Shown: piece after piece, positions 55,098 to 64,000 of the stretch
Numbering within the stretch: position 1 is the stretch's first letter
How the letters are laid out: each line of letters starts with the position of its first letter
From: an uncultured Bacilli bacterium
GTDB lineage: Bacteria; Bacillota_I; Bacilli_A; RF39; UBA660
Assembly: GCA_934101225.1 (NCBI GenBank)
Contig: CAKOQK010000004.1
Coordinates: 6,736-70,735, forward strand
DNA: 64,000 nucleotides
Direction of reading: 5' to 3'
Notes under the pieces: model-generated
What the model was told of the DNA's origin: nothing
Seen by the model: only the letters and a program-made list of their open reading frames with translations
The model's database searches: none
Position numbers and translations under genes: made by a program

Positions 55098-56049
55098 AAT
55101 ATTATATGTAGTAATACCTTGTTATAACGAAGAAGAGGTATTAAAAGAAACTAGTAAAAGATTAAATGTTAAATTTAATGAATTAATTAAAGATAAAATT
55201 ATTTCTAAAGATAGTAAAGTTTTATTTGTTAATGATGGATCTAAGGATAAAACTTGGGATATTATATGTGAATTAAATAAAGAAAATAAATTATTTAGTG
55301 GAATTAATTTATCAAGAAATAGAGGACACCAAAATGCGTTGGTAGCAGGACTTATGACTGCTAAGGAATATGCTGATGTGGTAATATCTATGGATGCTGA
55401 CTTACAAGATGATATTAATGCAATTGATGAAATGATTAAAGATTATTATGATGGATCAGAAGTTGTTTATGGAGTTAGATCATCAAGGGCAAAGGATACT
55501 TTCTTTAAAAAGTTTACAGCTGAAGCATTTTATAAGTTTATGAAATTTATGGGAGCTGATGTTGTATTTAATCATGCTGATTATAGATTAACAAGTAAAA
55601 GGGCTTTAGATAATTTTGCAAATTATAAAGAAGTAAATTTGTTTTTAAGAGGAATGTTTCCTTTAATTGGATTTAAATCTAGTATAGTATATTATGAAAG
55701 GGCTGAAAGATTTGCAGGTGAGTCTAAATATCCATTAAAGAAAATGCTTAATTTTGCATGGGATGGAATAACTTCTTTTAGTGTAAAACCAATAAGAATG
55801 ATTCTTGATTTAGGTATATTTATTTGTATGATAAGTTTTGTAGTACTTATTTATTGTTTAATAAGAAAGATTTGTGGAGCTACTGTGGAAGGATGGACAT
55901 TTATTGCTTGTTCTTTATGGCTATTAGGTGGCATTCAAATGTTTTCACTTGGTATAATTGGAGAATATGTTGGTAAGGTTTATAGTGAAACAAAGGCTAG
56001 ACCTAGATATATTATTCAAGATAATTTATTAGAAAAGAAGGAAAAATAA
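55087..56049 (+). CDS. GT2 polyprenyl-phosphate glycosyltransferase (GtrB/CsbB-like)
   Basis: VVIPCYNEE, DADLQDD, two C-terminal TM helices; GGAGGT SD before ATG 55087. Confidence 0.8.
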   Translation: MKNKILYVVIPCYNEEEVLKETSKRLNVKFNELIKDKIISKDSKVLFVNDGSKDKTWDIICELNKENKLFSGINLSRNRGHQNALVAGLMTAKEYADVVISMDADLQDDINAIDEMIKDYYDGSEVVYGVRSSRAKDTFFKKFTAEAFYKFMKFMGADVVFNHADYRLTSKRALDNFANYKEVNLFLRGMFPLIGFKSSIVYYERAERFAGESKYPLKKMLNFAWDGITSFSVKPIRMILDLGIFICMISFVVLIYCLIRKICGATVEGWTFIACSLWLLGGIQMFSLGIIGEYVGKVYSETKARPRYIIQDNLLEKKEK

Positions 56050-56057
56050 TATAAAAC

Positions 56058-56081
56058 GCATGGTAATTCCATGTTTTTTTA
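56058..56081 (+). terminator. Intrinsic terminator
   Basis: GCATGG-TAATT-CCATGT stem followed by T8. Confidence 0.55.
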
Positions 56082-56136
56082 TTGTTCTTGTTGCGACAGT
56101 GATTTAATTTTTGTATAATTGATATGAGGAAATGAT

Positions 56137-56934
56137 ATGAAAAAAGTAATTAATAATTTAAAATATGTATATAAAAAGTATTCTTTTTTACTTGAACAAT
56201 TAGTTTTAAGAGATTTTAAAGTTAAATACAAAAGAAGTGTTCTTGGGGTAGTTTGGAGTTTATTATACCCGATTTTAATGATGGCAGTAATGGCAATTGT
56301 TTTTTCAAATGTGTTTAAAATGTCAACTCCGGGTGTAAGTTATCTTGCATATTTGCTTATAGGATTAACTTATTTTAATTACTTTACAGAAGCAAGTAAT
56401 TTAGCTATGAGTAGTGTTGTTGGTAATTTTAGTTTAATTAATAAAGTTTATATTCCTAAATATATATTTCCACTTTCTAAATGTTTATTTGTTGGTATAA
56501 ATTTTTTATTAACTTTAATTCCTTTATATGTTGTAATTATTGCAACTGGAACAGGACTTAATTGGTATCACTTATTATTACCTTTTTCTTTTATTTGTTT
56601 ATTTTTGTTTACTGTCGGGATGGGATTTATACTTGCAACTATATCGGTTTTTTTAAGAGATATGTTTTATATATATGGTATTATAACTACAATTTGGACT
56701 TATCTAACTCCAATTATGTATGATATTAACACTATTGGAAATAGTACTTTGATATTTATCATGAAATTTAATCCGATGTATCAATTTATAAATTTTGCTA
56801 GAACAATTATATTGTACAATAATTGTCCTACATTAGGACAATTTGCAGGATGTTTTGTTTCATCTATAATTATATTTCTTTTAGGATGTTTATTATTTAA
56901 AAAGAATCAAGATAAATTTATTTATTATGTATAG
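56137..56934 (+). CDS. tagG: ABC-2 type glycopolymer export permease (TagG/Wzm-like)
   Basis: Start LLEQLVLRDFKVKYKRSVLGVVWSLLYP is typical of TagG/Wzm; six TM helices. Confidence 0.8.
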   Translation: MKKVINNLKYVYKKYSFLLEQLVLRDFKVKYKRSVLGVVWSLLYPILMMAVMAIVFSNVFKMSTPGVSYLAYLLIGLTYFNYFTEASNLAMSSVVGNFSLINKVYIPKYIFPLSKCLFVGINFLLTLIPLYVVIIATGTGLNWYHLLLPFSFICLFLFTVGMGFILATISVFLRDMFYIYGIITTIWTYLTPIMYDINTIGNSTLIFIMKFNPMYQFINFARTIILYNNCPTLGQFAGCFVSSIIIFLLGCLLFKKNQDKFIYYV

Positions 56935-56947
56935 GTGGTGAATTTTT

Positions 56948-57745
56948 ATGACTAAAAATAAAAGGAATGATAAATATAATTTGCATAAAGTTATTGATAA
57001 ATCAGAAATAATGATTGATGTTTCAGATGTTTCTATGAGATTTAATTTGGGAATTGAAAAAGGTTTCTCGCTAAAACAATGGTTTGTTGATTTAGGAAAG
57101 AAAAAAGAAATTAAAAAAAACAATGAATTTTGGGCTTTAAAAGATATTAATTTTAAAATAAATAAAGGCGAAGTTATAGGTTTCATTGGCTCAAATGGTG
57201 CTGGTAAATCTACATTACTTAAGGTTGTTTCTGGGGTTATGAAACCAACTACTGGTGATGTAAATGTATATGGAAATATATGCCCGATGATAGAACTTGG
57301 AGCTGGATTCGATTCACAATTAACTGCAAGAGAAAATATTTACTTAAATGGTGCTGTAATGGGTTATTCAAAAGAATTAATTGATTCTAAATTTGATGAA
57401 ATAGTTGAATTTTCAGAGTTAAAAGATTTTTTAGATGTTCCAGTTCAAAATTTTTCATCAGGAATGGTTGCTAGACTTGCTTTTAGTATAGCTACCATAG
57501 TAGATCCTGAAATATTAATTGTTGATGAAATACTTTCTGTTGGAGATATTGCTTTTCAAGCTAAAAGTGAAGCGAAAATGTTAGAAATGATTGGTGGAGG
57601 AACAACAGTTTTATTTGTATCGCATTCCATCAATCAAATAAAGAAAATGTGTAATAGGGTTGTTTGGCTTGATCATGGTAAAATAGTAAAAATGGGTGGA
57701 AAAGAAATTTGTGATGAATATATAAAATTTATGGAAGAAAAGTAG
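56948..57745 (+). CDS. tagH: Glycopolymer export ATP-binding protein (TagH/Wzt-like)
   Basis: Walker A GSNGAGKST, signature FSSGM, Walker B ILIVDEILSVGD. Confidence 0.85.
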   Translation: MTKNKRNDKYNLHKVIDKSEIMIDVSDVSMRFNLGIEKGFSLKQWFVDLGKKKEIKKNNEFWALKDINFKINKGEVIGFIGSNGAGKSTLLKVVSGVMKPTTGDVNVYGNICPMIELGAGFDSQLTARENIYLNGAVMGYSKELIDSKFDEIVEFSELKDFLDVPVQNFSSGMVARLAFSIATIVDPEILIVDEILSVGDIAFQAKSEAKMLEMIGGGTTVLFVSHSINQIKKMCNRVVWLDHGKIVKMGGKEICDEYIKFMEEK

Positions 57746-57751
57746 GTTTTT

Positions 57752-58774
57752 ATGAATAAAGTTTTGACAATAGTTGTACCAGTTTATAATACAGAAAAAT
57801 ATATTAAAAGATGTTTAGATTCTATTGTTTGTCCATCTATAATTGATGATTTAGAAATAATTATTGTAAGTGATGGGTCTACTGATAGCTCTATAAATAT
57901 TGCAAAAGAATTTCAAAATCAGTATCCTAAATCTATTAAAATAATTGAGAAAGAAAATGGTGGACATGGGTCTACGATTAATGTTGGTTTGGAAATGGCA
58001 TCTGGCAAATACTTTAGGGTTTTAGATAGTGATGATTGGTTAAATACAATTGACTTTATAGATTTTGTTAATTATTTAAAACATGATGATGTTGACTTAG
58101 TAGTTACTAATTATTCTCAAGAACACATATATAATGGTGAATCTATTCAATATAAATACTCTGGATTATGTGATAATCAAATATATGAATTTGATAAGAT
58201 TGATTTGGGAATATTAAAAAATGAATATTTTGTTATGGCAACTTCAACATATAAAACCGATATATTGAAAAAGGCTGATCTAAAATTATTGGAAAAAACA
58301 TTTTATGTAGATATGCAATATAACGTAGTTGGTTTTTCTTTTGTTAAGAAATTTAAATATTATGATTTGGATGTTTATAAGTATTTTATTGGTCGAAAGG
58401 AACAAAGCAATAATTATATATCTTTAGTAAAAAATCAAGATAATCATGAAACTGTTATGCGTTTTTTGATTGAATACTATTGTTCAAATTTTAAAAGTTT
58501 TAGCAAAAATAAAAACGAATATTTTTCTTTAATAATTTATTATATGTTGTATACTCATTATTCTATATATTGTATTTATGATTCGAATCATAATAGTGCT
58601 TATAAAAAAATTAAGAATTTTGATAGTTATTTAAAGAAAAAAAGTGTGTTTTTATACGAAAAATCCAATATTTCTTTTATAAAAATGAATAGAAAAACTA
58701 AATTTATTTTTGTAAAATTGAATGGTAAATTATTTAATAAATTTTTGAATTTTATAAAATTTTTAAGGAGGTAA
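57752..58774 (+). CDS. GT2 family glycosyltransferase
   Basis: LTIVVPVYNTEKYI, SDGSTD, NGGHGSTINVG, LDSDDW; paralogous to the C-terminal half of the 897-aa protein. Confidence 0.8.
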   Translation: MNKVLTIVVPVYNTEKYIKRCLDSIVCPSIIDDLEIIIVSDGSTDSSINIAKEFQNQYPKSIKIIEKENGGHGSTINVGLEMASGKYFRVLDSDDWLNTIDFIDFVNYLKHDDVDLVVTNYSQEHIYNGESIQYKYSGLCDNQIYEFDKIDLGILKNEYFVMATSTYKTDILKKADLKLLEKTFYVDMQYNVVGFSFVKKFKYYDLDVYKYFIGRKEQSNNYISLVKNQDNHETVMRFLIEYYCSNFKSFSKNKNEYFSLIIYYMLYTHYSIYCIYDSNHNSAYKKIKNFDSYLKKKSVFLYEKSNISFIKMNRKTKFIFVKLNGKLFNKFLNFIKFLRR

Positions 58775-58780
58775 ATTTAT

Positions 58781-60091
58781 ATGAAAAAGATTTTAGTAAT
58801 AAGTTGGTTTTTTCCTCCTATAAATTCTTCAGAGGGAATTGTAACATATAAACTATTAAAAAATTCTAAGCTTCAATATGATGTTTTTACTCAAAAAAAT
58901 AATTCGAGTTGGTCATATGGTGATGATGAATGCTTGTCTATTGAAGATAATATCAATTGTATATATTCTGATGCATTAAATTTAAATGATTTTGTTGAGT
59001 CTGCATATAATTATTATTTAAATAATATTGAAAAATATGATATTGTTATGACGAGATCTATGCCCGAAGAATCCCATATAATAGGTTTGAAAATTAAAGA
59101 ATTTAATAATAAAATAAAATGGATTGCATCTTTTGGTGATCCAATTGGTAATAATCCCTTTACTTTGCTTTCATTACAATCTGTTAATCCGTATGCTTTA
59201 AATTGGACAAATGGGATTAAATCAGTTATAAAACAGTTATTTTCTCTATTACGTATTTTCCGTTCTTTAAAATATAAGTATATTAAAAATAAAAATTATA
59301 GTTTATTTATTAAAAATAAAAATCTTCTTGAACAATGTATATTAAGTAAATGTGATTATGTAATATGTAATAATCCTTATGAAGTAGAATACATTTGTAA
59401 AAATAATCAAGTAGATGAATCAAAGTTTATAATTTTTCCTCATTCTTTTGATAAAAGATTATATAGTAAAAAAAATATAAGTAAAGAAAATGATAAAATT
59501 ATATTTAGATATATTGGTCACTTAGATGAAATTAGAACACCAAGACTTTTTTTAGAAGCTATTAGTTTGTTATATAATAAGTATCCAGATTTAAAGGATA
59601 AAGCTGTATTTGAATTTTATGGTAACATGTCTTCTAGTGATAAACTTTATATTATTGATAATTATTTAGGTGATGTTGTAAAAATTAAGAAACCAGTTAA
59701 TTATTTAAAAAGTTTGGAATTAATGAAAAGTAGTGATTGGTTAATACATATTGATGCTAATTTGTTTAATATTTTAGATAAAAATGTTTTTTTTGCAGCA
59801 AAATTGGCTGATTACATTGGAAGTGGTTCCAATATTATTGGTCTTACAATGCAGGATGGTGCTAGTGCTGATATTTTGAGGAATCTAGGTGCTATAATTA
59901 CAACTTATTCTGCAAATGAAATAATGAATTATTTATATTTGATAATTTATGGTAATTATAATTTACAAATAAATAAAAAATATATTGATGAATTTAATTC
60001 TGTAAATATTGCAAATCATTTTGATTTGTTTGTAAATAATATTATTAAAAATGATGAAGGAGTAAAAAATGAAAAAAATAGTATATGTTAA
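58781..60091 (+). CDS. Putative GT-B fold glycosyltransferase-like protein (uncharacterised)
   Basis: N-terminus KILVISWFFPPINSSEG and C-terminal FAAKLADYIGSGSNIIG resemble the GT4-type architecture, but the canonical EX7E motif is not evident. Confidence 0.45.
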   Translation: MKKILVISWFFPPINSSEGIVTYKLLKNSKLQYDVFTQKNNSSWSYGDDECLSIEDNINCIYSDALNLNDFVESAYNYYLNNIEKYDIVMTRSMPEESHIIGLKIKEFNNKIKWIASFGDPIGNNPFTLLSLQSVNPYALNWTNGIKSVIKQLFSLLRIFRSLKYKYIKNKNYSLFIKNKNLLEQCILSKCDYVICNNPYEVEYICKNNQVDESKFIIFPHSFDKRLYSKKNISKENDKIIFRYIGHLDEIRTPRLFLEAISLLYNKYPDLKDKAVFEFYGNMSSSDKLYIIDNYLGDVVKIKKPVNYLKSLELMKSSDWLIHIDANLFNILDKNVFFAAKLADYIGSGSNIIGLTMQDGASADILRNLGAIITTYSANEIMNYLYLIIYGNYNLQINKKYIDEFNSVNIANHFDLFVNNIIKNDEGVKNEKNSIC

Positions 60092-62762
60092 TGACTGGGA
60101 AATTGATAGTTTAAATGTTGTTACTGAATATAATGATGATAAATTGCGAATTATTAATAATAATGCAACATCGATTAGTTTTAGATGTAAAAAAAACCTT
60201 CATTTTAAAGAAGTGATTGATGGAAAATTATTAGTTAAATTTAATGGTGAATGCTGTAATAGCGGTGGTTATTTAATCTTGAATAATAATATTAAATTGC
60301 CGATAAATAGTGAATCTAGTATTTATGTTAAATTTCCATCTATAATTTCTTTGGATTTGGTTGTTGCTGCTGAAAGTGAAATCACTATATCTAATATTGA
60401 TTTTGAATTTTATGAAAGTTGTGATTTAGTTGATAAACTAGATGTAAAAAATGATGTTCTTGTTATAGTTCCTGATTATCCTAGTTATGTAAATTTATAT
60501 AGTTGTGCTTTTGCACATTCAAGAAATAGAGAATATGTTAAGGCGGGTTTAAAAGTACAAGTTGTTGCTGTTAATAATTCGAATTGGTTTCAAACAATGT
60601 ATGAAATAAATGATGTTTCTGTATTAAAATGTACATATAAAGATTTAAAAAAGTTATTAAGCATGAATCATTACAAAGTTATAGTAACTCATTTTGTTGA
60701 TGAGTATCTGTATCCTATATTTGATGGAAATGTTTATAATAATCAAAAACTAATTTTTATTTGTCATGGTCCTGAAACCGTTTATAAATATTTGGTTAAT
60801 AAAACTAGACCATATTTTACTGCTCCTGTTGAGTCAGATAAAATAGAAACTATGTTTCATTCTAAAGATTATTATGTAAAAAAATATTCTCAAAAAGATA
60901 ATGTAACTTGGATTTTTGTATCTGATTGGTTGAAAAAATTTTCAGAGGAACAACAAGGACTCAAATTTAAAAATGCTTTAGTTATTAACAATATTATTGA
61001 TGAAGAGTTGTTTCCATTTTATAAAAGAGATAAAGAATTAAGAAAAAAAATCTTAGTTGTAAGAAAATTTGATAATATATGTCAACATTCAATAGATCAA
61101 GTTGTAAGAGCTATTCTTGAGTTAAGTAGAAGAAAGTGTTTTAATGATTTAGATTTTGATATTTATGGTGATGGAAACTTTTATGATGAGTTAGTAGAAC
61201 CTATTAGGAACTTTAGTAATGTACATTTAATTAGGAAATTTATTCCTAATAATAAATTAGGAGAATTATATAAGGAACATGGAATTATTTTACTTCCATC
61301 TCGTCATGATGCACATGCTGTTTCTATGGGTGAAAGTGCTTCAACTGGATTAGTCGTAATTGGTTCAAACGTTACAAGTAATCCATATTTTATGAATGAA
61401 AAAGAAAATCATACATTAACTGATCCGGAAGATTATGTTGGGATTTCAAATATTATTGAAGATTTATACAATAATCCACAAAAATTTTTGGATATAAGTA
61501 AAAATATTTCAACTTTTACTAGACAATTTAATAAAAAAAATACTGTTCAAAAAGAAATTAAATTAATTTCTGATTGTTTTGATAATAAAGAAGATGATTT
61601 GCTTATTAATATTCGTAAACCATTATCTAAACCTGTTTTAACTGTTGCTGTTCCTGCTTATAATGTTGGACAATATTTGGAAAAATGCTTGTATTCGCTT
61701 TTAAATCACCGAAATAATTATAAAATGGAGATATTGGTAATAAATGATGGATCAAAAGATAATACACTTAAAATTGCTAATTATTTTAAGAAAATATCTA
61801 ATGGAATTGTTAAGGTTATAGATAAAAGTAATGGGGGACATGGTTCAACTATAAATGTAGCTATTAAGGAGGCTAAAGGAAAATACTTTAGGTTAGTTGA
61901 TGGAGATGATTGGGTTGACTCTGATAATCTTGCTAATTTAATTGATAAAATGGAAATGACTGATAGTGATATTATATTAACTAAAGGAAAATATGATTAT
62001 TCTGATTCAGCATTATTAGAAAATATAATTAGTTATGATTTCTTAGTAGATGGTAAGCTTTATAAATTTGATGATTTAATTTATGATAATTATGGATTCA
62101 AAAAATATGGTCCTTTATTAACTACTGGAAATTATAAAACTGAATTGTTAAAAAAAGCAAAATTTTTAATTTCTGAAAAAAAACCTTATGTTGATATGGA
62201 ATTTAATGCATTTAGCATAAAATATGTTGATACTTTAACTTATTTTGATATAGATATTTATAGATATTTGATAGGTAGAGAAGGACAATCAATTTCGAGA
62301 GATGTTTGGAAAAAGAAATATAAAGATCACAAATATATAATTTTTAATATTTTAAATAAAATATATGCTGATAAAGATTTTAGTGATAATAAAATTGAAT
62401 ATGTTTTAAAATATATAATTTCTTCAATGGTTGATTCACAAATTTTTATGTATGATTCTATTAATAAATATGATGAATTAGATAATTTTATACAGGAATT
62501 AAAAAAATATCCTGATGCTTATAACTATTCTATGTCTTATATAGAAAAAGTTAATGGAAATTGTTGGTTGATTTTAAAATTATATAAAAATTGGAAAAAT
62601 AAAAATGAGTCTATAATTATTCCAGGTGTTAGAGAAAGTGTTAATGATATACTTCAATTGAAAACACTTAAAACTAAACAAAAAATTAAATTGTTGGTTA
62701 AAGCAATAACTCCATATGGATTTTTAGTATTATATAGAAGGTATAAGAAGGTGAATAAATGA
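60069..62762 (+). CDS. Bifunctional glycosyltransferase: GT4-like (GT-B) region plus C-terminal GT2 domain
   Basis: GT4-like LLPSRHDAHAVSMGESASTGLVVIGS; GT2 from about 61620: LTVAVPAYNVGQYL, NDGSKD, NGGHGSTINVA, VDGDDW. Confidence 0.75.
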   Translation: MKKIVYVNDWEIDSLNVVTEYNDDKLRIINNNATSISFRCKKNLHFKEVIDGKLLVKFNGECCNSGGYLILNNNIKLPINSESSIYVKFPSIISLDLVVAAESEITISNIDFEFYESCDLVDKLDVKNDVLVIVPDYPSYVNLYSCAFAHSRNREYVKAGLKVQVVAVNNSNWFQTMYEINDVSVLKCTYKDLKKLLSMNHYKVIVTHFVDEYLYPIFDGNVYNNQKLIFICHGPETVYKYLVNKTRPYFTAPVESDKIETMFHSKDYYVKKYSQKDNVTWIFVSDWLKKFSEEQQGLKFKNALVINNIIDEELFPFYKRDKELRKKILVVRKFDNICQHSIDQVVRAILELSRRKCFNDLDFDIYGDGNFYDELVEPIRNFSNVHLIRKFIPNNKLGELYKEHGIILLPSRHDAHAVSMGESASTGLVVIGSNVTSNPYFMNEKENHTLTDPEDYVGISNIIEDLYNNPQKFLDISKNISTFTRQFNKKNTVQKEIKLISDCFDNKEDDLLINIRKPLSKPVLTVAVPAYNVGQYLEKCLYSLLNHRNNYKMEILVINDGSKDNTLKIANYFKKISNGIVKVIDKSNGGHGSTINVAIKEAKGKYFRLVDGDDWVDSDNLANLIDKMEMTDSDIILTKGKYDYSDSALLENIISYDFLVDGKLYKFDDLIYDNYGFKKYGPLLTTGNYKTELLKKAKFLISEKKPYVDMEFNAFSIKYVDTLTYFDIDIYRYLIGREGQSISRDVWKKKYKDHKYIIFNILNKIYADKDFSDNKIEYVLKYIISSMVDSQIFMYDSINKYDELDNFIQELKKYPDAYNYSMSYIEKVNGNCWLILKLYKNWKNKNESIIIPGVRESVNDILQLKTLKTKQKIKLLVKAITPYGFLVLYRRYKKVNK

Positions 62763-64000
62763 AAACAAAATATTTAATAGTTGGTGCAGGTATTTCTGGT
62801 TTAACATTTGCAAGTTATTGTAAAGATGATTATATAATTATTGAAAAAGAAAGTGAAGTTGGCGGTTATTGTAAAACTCATTATAAAGATGATTACGTAT
62901 GGGATTATGCTGGTCATTTCTTTCATTTTAAAACTGATGAATTTAAGGAAAAATTTATTGATAGTTTGAATAAAGATGATTTTGTTACTCAAGATAAAAA
63001 AACGTATATTTATTTTGATAACAAATTAATAAATTTTCCTTTTCAAACTCATATACATGAACTTTCTAAAGACAAGTTTATAGATTGTTTATATGATTTG
63101 TTTAATAAGGAAGAAAAAGAAAATTATGATAATTTTTTAGATATGCTTTATGGTAAATTTGGAAAATCAATTACTGAAATGTTTTTGAGACCATATAATG
63201 AAAAGTTATATGCTGTTGATTTAACAAAACTTGATAAAGATGCAATGGGAAGATTTTTTCCATATGCTGATGTTAAAGCAATAATTAATAATATGAAAAA
63301 AAATGAAGTTACCTCATACAATAATACATTTATGTATCCTAAAAAGGGTGCTCAGGTTATTATTGATATTTTAATGAAAGATATTGATAAAAATAAAATT
63401 TTATTAAATTCAATGATAGAAAGTATTGATTTAAATAATAAAATAGCTAAACTTAATAATGGAAAAGAAATTCAATATGAATATTTAATTAATTCGATTC
63501 CTTTTGATAAGTTTTTAAAACTAACTAATAATAAGGAATATATTAATTTCAGTGATAAATTAACTTATAATAAGGTTTTAGTTTTTAATTTAGGATTTAA
63601 TAAAAAATCAAGTTATAATAATCATCATTGGTTATATTTTCCTGATAAAGATATAAATTTTTATAGAGTTGGTTTTTATGATAATATATTAAGTTCTGAT
63701 AAATTAAGTATGTATATAGAGATTGGATATCCAAAAGATAGTGTTATAACTTCCGATGAAATAGATAGACAACTAAAATTGACACTAGATAATTTAAAAA
63801 AATGTAATATTATAGATGATTCTTTTGTTTTAAACGCTTATGAAAGTATTGTAATGGATCCTGCATATGTTCATATTGATGCTAAAAATGACTTACATGT
63901 TAGAGAAATAATGAAAGAGTTATCTTCTAATAATGTTTATAGTATTGGTAGATATGGTGGTTGGACATATTGTTCTATGGAGGATTGTATGGTTGAATCA
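62759..64000 (+). CDS. FAD/NAD(P)-binding oxidoreductase, UDP-galactopyranose-mutase/amine-oxidase-like (3' end beyond window)
   Basis: ATGA overlap with the previous stop; open to the window end (414 codons); Rossmann motif LIVGAGISGL...IIEKESEVGG. Not in the track because no stop lies within the window. Confidence 0.65.
   Translation, partial: MKTKYLIVGAGISGLTFASYCKDDYIIIEKESEVGGYCKTHYKDDYVWDYAGHFFHFKTDEFKEKFIDSLNKDDFVTQDKKTYIYFDNKLINFPFQTHIHELSKDKFIDCLYDLFNKEEKENYDNFLDMLYGKFGKSITEMFLRPYNEKLYAVDLTKLDKDAMGRFFPYADVKAIINNMKKNEVTSYNNTFMYPKKGAQVIIDILMKDIDKNKILLNSMIESIDLNNKIAKLNNGKEIQYEYLINSIPFDKFLKLTNNKEYINFSDKLTYNKVLVFNLGFNKKSSYNNHHWLYFPDKDINFYRVGFYDNILSSDKLSMYIEIGYPKDSVITSDEIDRQLKLTLDNLKKCNIIDDSFVLNAYESIVMDPAYVHIDAKNDLHVREIMKELSSNNVYSIGRYGGWTYCSMEDCMVES

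Noticed and set aside
50620-62175. A8 homopolymer tracts inside coding regions (for example near 50624, 57113, 61040, 61535 and 62170) as phase-variation switches
   Set aside because: Runs of this length are expected in DNA this AT-rich, and they show no bias toward 5' ends of surface-related genes. Without population data there is no support for slippage.
52406-62992. Minus-strand ORFs 52406-52597, 56893-57186 and 62801-62992 in the wall-polymer cluster
   Set aside because: Antisense to the tagO-like gene, the tagG/tagH junction and the FAD-enzyme gene. The last overlaps the unlisted open-ended plus-strand ORF from 62759, which has a clear Rossmann motif.

Overview
Very AT-rich Bacillota-type DNA using the standard genetic code (TGA acts as a stop). 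Positions 1 to about 32.7 kb hold most of a temperate siphovirus-like prophage; its left end, and presumably the main integrase, lie outside the window. The modules run in order: CI/Cro switch with a repeated palindromic operator; a replication module (DUF1376/DnaD-like initiator, wHTH protein, catalytic-domain-only tyrosine recombinase); about 6 kb of small ORFan coiled-coil genes built from recurring sequence modules; a membrane/lipoprotein cluster; a PcfK/PcfJ-like pair; a sigma-like regulator; HNH endonuclease, putative cos region, TerS and TerL; HK97-type portal, protease and capsid; connectors; major tail protein; a -1 frameshifted tail chaperone; tape measure; Dit, two extra genes, Tal-like and FN3 fibre proteins; and a lysis cassette with an M23+SH3 endolysin. 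From 33.4 kb the sequence is chromosomal: gltX, pcrA, ligA, a degenerate-GGDEF membrane sensor and a YihY-family protein. Next comes a small accessory island: a divergent 827-aa membrane HExxH protein and a COG1373-type ATPase-nuclease bracketed by two copies of a 51-bp hairpin repeat. After that come an S41 protease, two degenerate ABC-ATPase-like genes, truA, and a wall-glycopolymer cluster (TagO-like, O-antigen-ligase-like/TagA fusion, GtrB-like, TagG/TagH-like, several glycosyltransferases, and an FAD enzyme truncated at the window end). I saw no rRNA, tRNA or CRISPR array. All family assignments rest on motif recognition by eye and need HMM or BLAST confirmation.
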